Assembly: GCF_001949145.1 (NCBI RefSeq)
Contig: NW_019091361.1
Span: forward strand, 3,497,854-3,561,853
DNA: 64,000 nucleotides
From: Acanthaster planci
Taxonomy: Eukaryota
Direction of reading: 5' to 3'
Below, in pieces: positions 59,416-64,000 of this stretch. The position numbers and the translations under genes were made by a program. Below the pieces are notes generated by a model that ran no database searches, was not told the DNA's origin, and worked only from the letters and a program-made list of their open reading frames with translations. The first letter of the stretch is position 1, and each line of letters opens with the position of its first letter.

Positions 59416-62400
59416 AAAACACATCAGTACAGATGCGGTGACAATTGTCTCCAATCGGGCCAAGGGAAGTTTGATCAATACTACATGGGAGATGTTTGGA
59501 GTTTATTGTTAAGGCTTTCGGATCAATAACATTTCAAATGTCTGGGTTCTCAGCAATTAATTAATGTTGGTGGAACCACTAACATCATTTCCAAATTATC
59601 TGCTTCTGTAAAAACAAAAGTTACTGAGGGTCCCATTTGGCTCTTGATGAAATAGAAATTGCTTAGTGGGGTCTTTTTGTAAATTATTGCACTTGTATGT
59701 ATGTTGGGATGAGATTGAATCATCCATAATTTGAACCACCTTGGAAATCCTGGTACTGGGGAACACAGGGATGCCATTCAGACCCTTGACCAGAGCCTGA
59801 AAATAAGGTCAGAGAAGCCTATCATAAATATACCTCATTAATGCCTGTAATTCACCCAAGTCTGAAATCAGGTCTTTGCTTGAACATCATACAAGTACAG
59901 CATTACAGTAATATAAATGTAAATAAGCTTATTTGCATCATAATGCTTAAAAATATTTCAAAAAGATATTTGTCAAATTCTCTGCAAAATACATGTACAA
60001 GTATTGCCTGCTTTCCAACACCGTCAGGCTTAATGTGCTGTGGCAGTATTGAAGTAGAAAGAAGAGGCACCAAATAACTCTTGTAGATGGAAGCAAGAAG
60101 CAAGTGCACATTAGACAAACACCACATACACACCTGATATTAATTCTGACATTTTCTGTTTTCCCTGAGCCTGACTGGGGCTACCAGACTTGAACAAAAC
60201 AAATTTGGCTACAACAGAAAACTAGCGGTCGTGAGAGAGTGCATGCGCAAAATGATTAATCACTCTGCTGGAGATGGAGTTGTTTTATTCGGTTTACTTT
60301 TCCTTTTGTTTCATTACTTTTGGCAGAGTTTAATTTAGTAAGATAACAATAATATCAACATCCACCATTATCTGAAAGACAGGCTTTGGAAAATTCAGCA
60401 GCCTATGAAAAAATGTGACACAGTGACTGGCCTCCAAAGTGTATCAGGATCTGCTTGATATGTGTATTAAACACGGGCGTGTATGTACATAAAATTTGCC
60501 CATTAAGTTTGTCTTTCTGAAGTACATAATGCACACAAGGCAGCGCTGACAGTTTGGACTTGCTTGCTTAATGCGAGGCTCCAGCACTTGTCAGCATGGT
60601 GCATGCATAAAATTGGTGCTAATTAATACCCACAAGGTGAAGCAATTAGGCCTAAGGCATTAACAGAGGGTGCTCAGGGCCTGTAGAATACTACAGGTAA
60701 ATACAGCCATGGTCTGTCCAACCATAGAGCGAGGGAACATGATCCAACAAGAAACTCTTTCAGCCTTGGGGATTCTGTAGGATCTGGGATGGCATGGGTC
60801 AACTGAAAATTCAGAGCACTGAGCCCTATAAATTTTCAGTACAATGTTCAGTTGTACACAGTCATCACTGGCTGAGCCAAGGTTCTGGGGTCTGGAGCAC
60901 TTTCAGTAGGTTTAAAATGAACACAGATCATGGATTCCTTCCCTGTATTAGTTACCACTGTTTCCTTGTTTTAAAAGTTCACAGCAGGGGTTTGGGTAAC
61001 CAAACAGGTGATGCATAATGATGAGTAATTTTCAGGATACTACTGACGCACAGAGCATGCATAGAATAACTAGACAGGGTGGGAACGGAGCAAGTTAGAG
61101 TTTCCTTCAGACTGATGACGTCTGAGCACTGTGCGAGAATGTCAGACTTAGCAAAGGGAGGGGGTATCTGAGAAGTGAAACATTCAGGTGATCAGACCGC
61201 AGAATCAAGTTGGGTATGATGTCACCATGGGCAAGTCAGCAGTTTGCGAGATGTATGTGTTCTCATCTTGGGCACATACCCCGTACAGCTCAACCACAAG
61301 CCAGACAACGCTGACATCAAGAAGACAAGAATCTTGGGGAAAAGGTGGCTTCGGAAGGTCACAAAGGTGAAAACAGAGCCTTTTTAGTAAAAGTGGGACC
61401 TGCTACCAAGCACTTAACACTTTACAGAGAGCAAGCTTTGAAACCCTCCCCGTGACGGGGAAATTGAATCAGAGAATGCAATTTCTTTCCCAATTCCTAA
61501 ACCTTTGGTTTTTTGTTATCAGATAATCACTATACAATGATTAATTGATTGCTATGGCTGCTGAAATGAGCACTGAACAGGGTACGCACACTGAAAAACA
61601 GGACCACAAGATAATCTGGCAGAGGACTAGCGGGGACACTGTTTGCAGTTCCATTGTGCATTTACCATATTGGCAGTCAAGTCTGTCAAATCATTTTAAA
61701 GTACAAGGGTTTCTTCTGAAGCAAATCACTCGATATGAGACAAATTTACGACAGATTATTTTATTCATATGGGTGACAATTTATGGAATCTTTCAATGGC
61801 TCAAGTCGTAGATGACCTACATGGAGGCCATTTTCACAAGACACATATTTCTTTTCAGGAAATAATGACAGCTAATCTTTTCAAAGAGAACATGTGTGAG
61901 TAGGTTTTTCTTTAAGCAGTACTCTCCCTGATCCTAATGTCTTGGTTTATTTTAAGGCAGAAGTAATTACACGATGAGAAGCACCTCCTGGTACGTCCCC
62001 ATCATACCTGAATTACTCTAACTCATGGGGGTGGGGTCAAGGCACAAGACTCAGCTACTGTGGAATCCCACATCCTTACAACTCATCCCAGTGTGCCTAC
62101 GATGACCTTTCAGAAGGGCTGGGGTTGATATTTTTCCCTCTTCTTTTTTTGATGTGCATCAAACTTGGAGCTTTCTTTAGCCTGGGGGAGTTTGCCTCAA
62201 GACCAAAAATAGAAGAGTTGATTGGAAACACAAACTTTGCTGTATCTGGCTGGGATACATCAAGGAATGGGCAAGCAATGGTCCCAACTTTGATTGATTC
62301 AAGACGGCAGGGTTATGCAGCTATATGAAGTTGAACAAAGGAACAATAAATGAGATATGAATGTTCAATTTCTGATCACCACGGACGCACTTCATTGCAC

Positions 62401-64000
62401 CTTTCCATTCCATTCTCCATTTAATATATCTTCCATTCCTTACAGGCTTTTTCCAACTTCTACTGCAAATTTGTTTTCCATAAGGGGGCCGGGAAGGAGG
62501 AAAGTGGTACTTGTCCTCCCGGTCACCTGGAAAAAAAATTGGAAAAAAAAAGAAACCGGAGAAGGGGAAAATAAATACCCGTTTTCATGAAAACAGCTAA
62601 ATATATTCTGCTTGCAGCATTGGCTTCTTCCAGTGTTGATGGTTTGTCCACAGAGCGATGGTTTTTCAGTCTGCTGTTACAGACTGGTCGTATTAGGCCC
62701 TCCGATTCCCCAGTGACACCAGTGTTCTCTTTTCTAGTACAGCTTTTCAGTGAGCTTTTGAGAATAGCTTCTGACTTTGAGTGCTGTCTAGAGAGTTCTA
62801 GCCCTGGAGCAGAAGGTCCGAAACAAGTTTAAAAACCACGGTCCAATTTCAAGGCTCAGATTAATTGTACAAAGAAAAACATACCAACTGCTCGGGAAAA
62901 AACTGTGCTTAAATTTGAAGTAATCTTATAGCAGAGACATGCATGTGACGATTGTGAACGCATGGCAAATCAGTATTTTGGCTAATTTTGTCTCTTTTCT
63001 GTACTGTACCACTACTGTGCTTACAAAATGTCAACCGGTACATCAAACGTACTAAGGCTGTGTTAGCAGAAAATTTTGAATTAGACAGTGCAATAAATTT
63101 AGACCCTAGCACTACTTCATGGTTCACTGGATAGCATCTTGGCACAGTCTCCACCAACACATGAGGACAACGCACGATGAGGGTGTGAGTCCTCGTGCCC
63201 TCCAGAATCAGGAGGGAAACCTTGTTGAGAGATGCTTCCGACTGGAGCCTATAGGCTGCAGGCTAGGGCAACAAAAATGGCACTTAGGCCTACATGTAGC
63301 CAGTGACTCAGAGTGGATAGGATTCTTCCAAAGTACAGAACAGATCACTAAAAAACACTAATAACATCACTGACAGTGGGTGTTGTTCTGCTAAGTAAGT
63401 TGTTTCCCTGTTGCCACGGTTTCCAATTTTCTTCCATAATACTCACTGAAAATCCTTGAAGAATGATTGAGGCTGGCAGATTCAGTGGGAGCGAATGAAT
63501 GATCATGGAATGATCAGCTATGGCAAATGACATGGCAGTGTGAATTAGCTGCCTGTCTGAGTGTATGCTAAAACATTACAAACATTAATGAGACTTAAGA
63601 TTTCAAAGATTTACGTTAATCACAGATGCAAAGTTTGTGTCTGTGGTGAGCTGCATTCGGGTGCTTGAACAACAGAGGTGGCCTTTTATATACTTATCCG
63701 AGGAGACACCATAACCGTGGTGGCATGGGACTTAAACGTGTGGTGCGAGCATGCAGTAATGGTTTCTATAAGTTATAGGATTTGTCTGTGAGTACATACA
63801 TAAGAAATATAGCAACATGTTCTGATAGTGACACAAACTATTTCCGTTAGGCAAGATGTAAAATCCATACCACATGTACATGTAACTTGGACTTCCTGCA
63901 AATTCAACAGTCCAAGTAGACAGCACCTTTAGTGGAGAGCAAATGAAGCAGTGACGCTTGAGTGGCTGCAGGCAAGGGTTGAAGTGACAAACTACCTGCT

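Noticed and set aside
62587..62832. 81-aa ORF with a weak signal-peptide-like start
   Set aside because: The hydrophobic core is short, with no splice or domain support.

Overview
This is eukaryotic, intron-rich genomic DNA (roughly 40% GC, one 93-nt N gap). It is most likely from a marine invertebrate deuterostome such as an echinoderm; that is inferred from gene and repeat style, not proven. Most ORFs in the supplied track are spurious, and the real genes had to be assembled by hand from GT-AG exons. (1) A minus-strand ADAMTS-like (ADAMTSL1/3, Punctin/MADD-4 type) gene has 17 phase-consistent exons between 52940 and 29111, encoding spacer, 8 TSR, 1 Ig, 3 TSR and PLAC. Its 5' end lies beyond the right edge. 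(2) An intronless rhodopsin-class GPCR on the plus strand (57885-59087) is apparently nested antisense in an ADAMTSL intron, and its C-tail tandem repeat is cut by nonsense codons. (3) A minus-strand secreted IGFBP-domain gene has exon 1 at 21394-20890 and exon 2 at 16813-16666; its 3' part is uncertain. There are also MITEs, a 2.4-kb hAT-like element, a tRNA-Thr-derived SINE-like sequence and several minisatellites. The best novel lead is a signal-peptide-encoding candidate alternative first exon (46539-46395) inside the ADAMTSL gene. It would give a short secreted isoform analogous to nematode short Punctin (MADD-4B).
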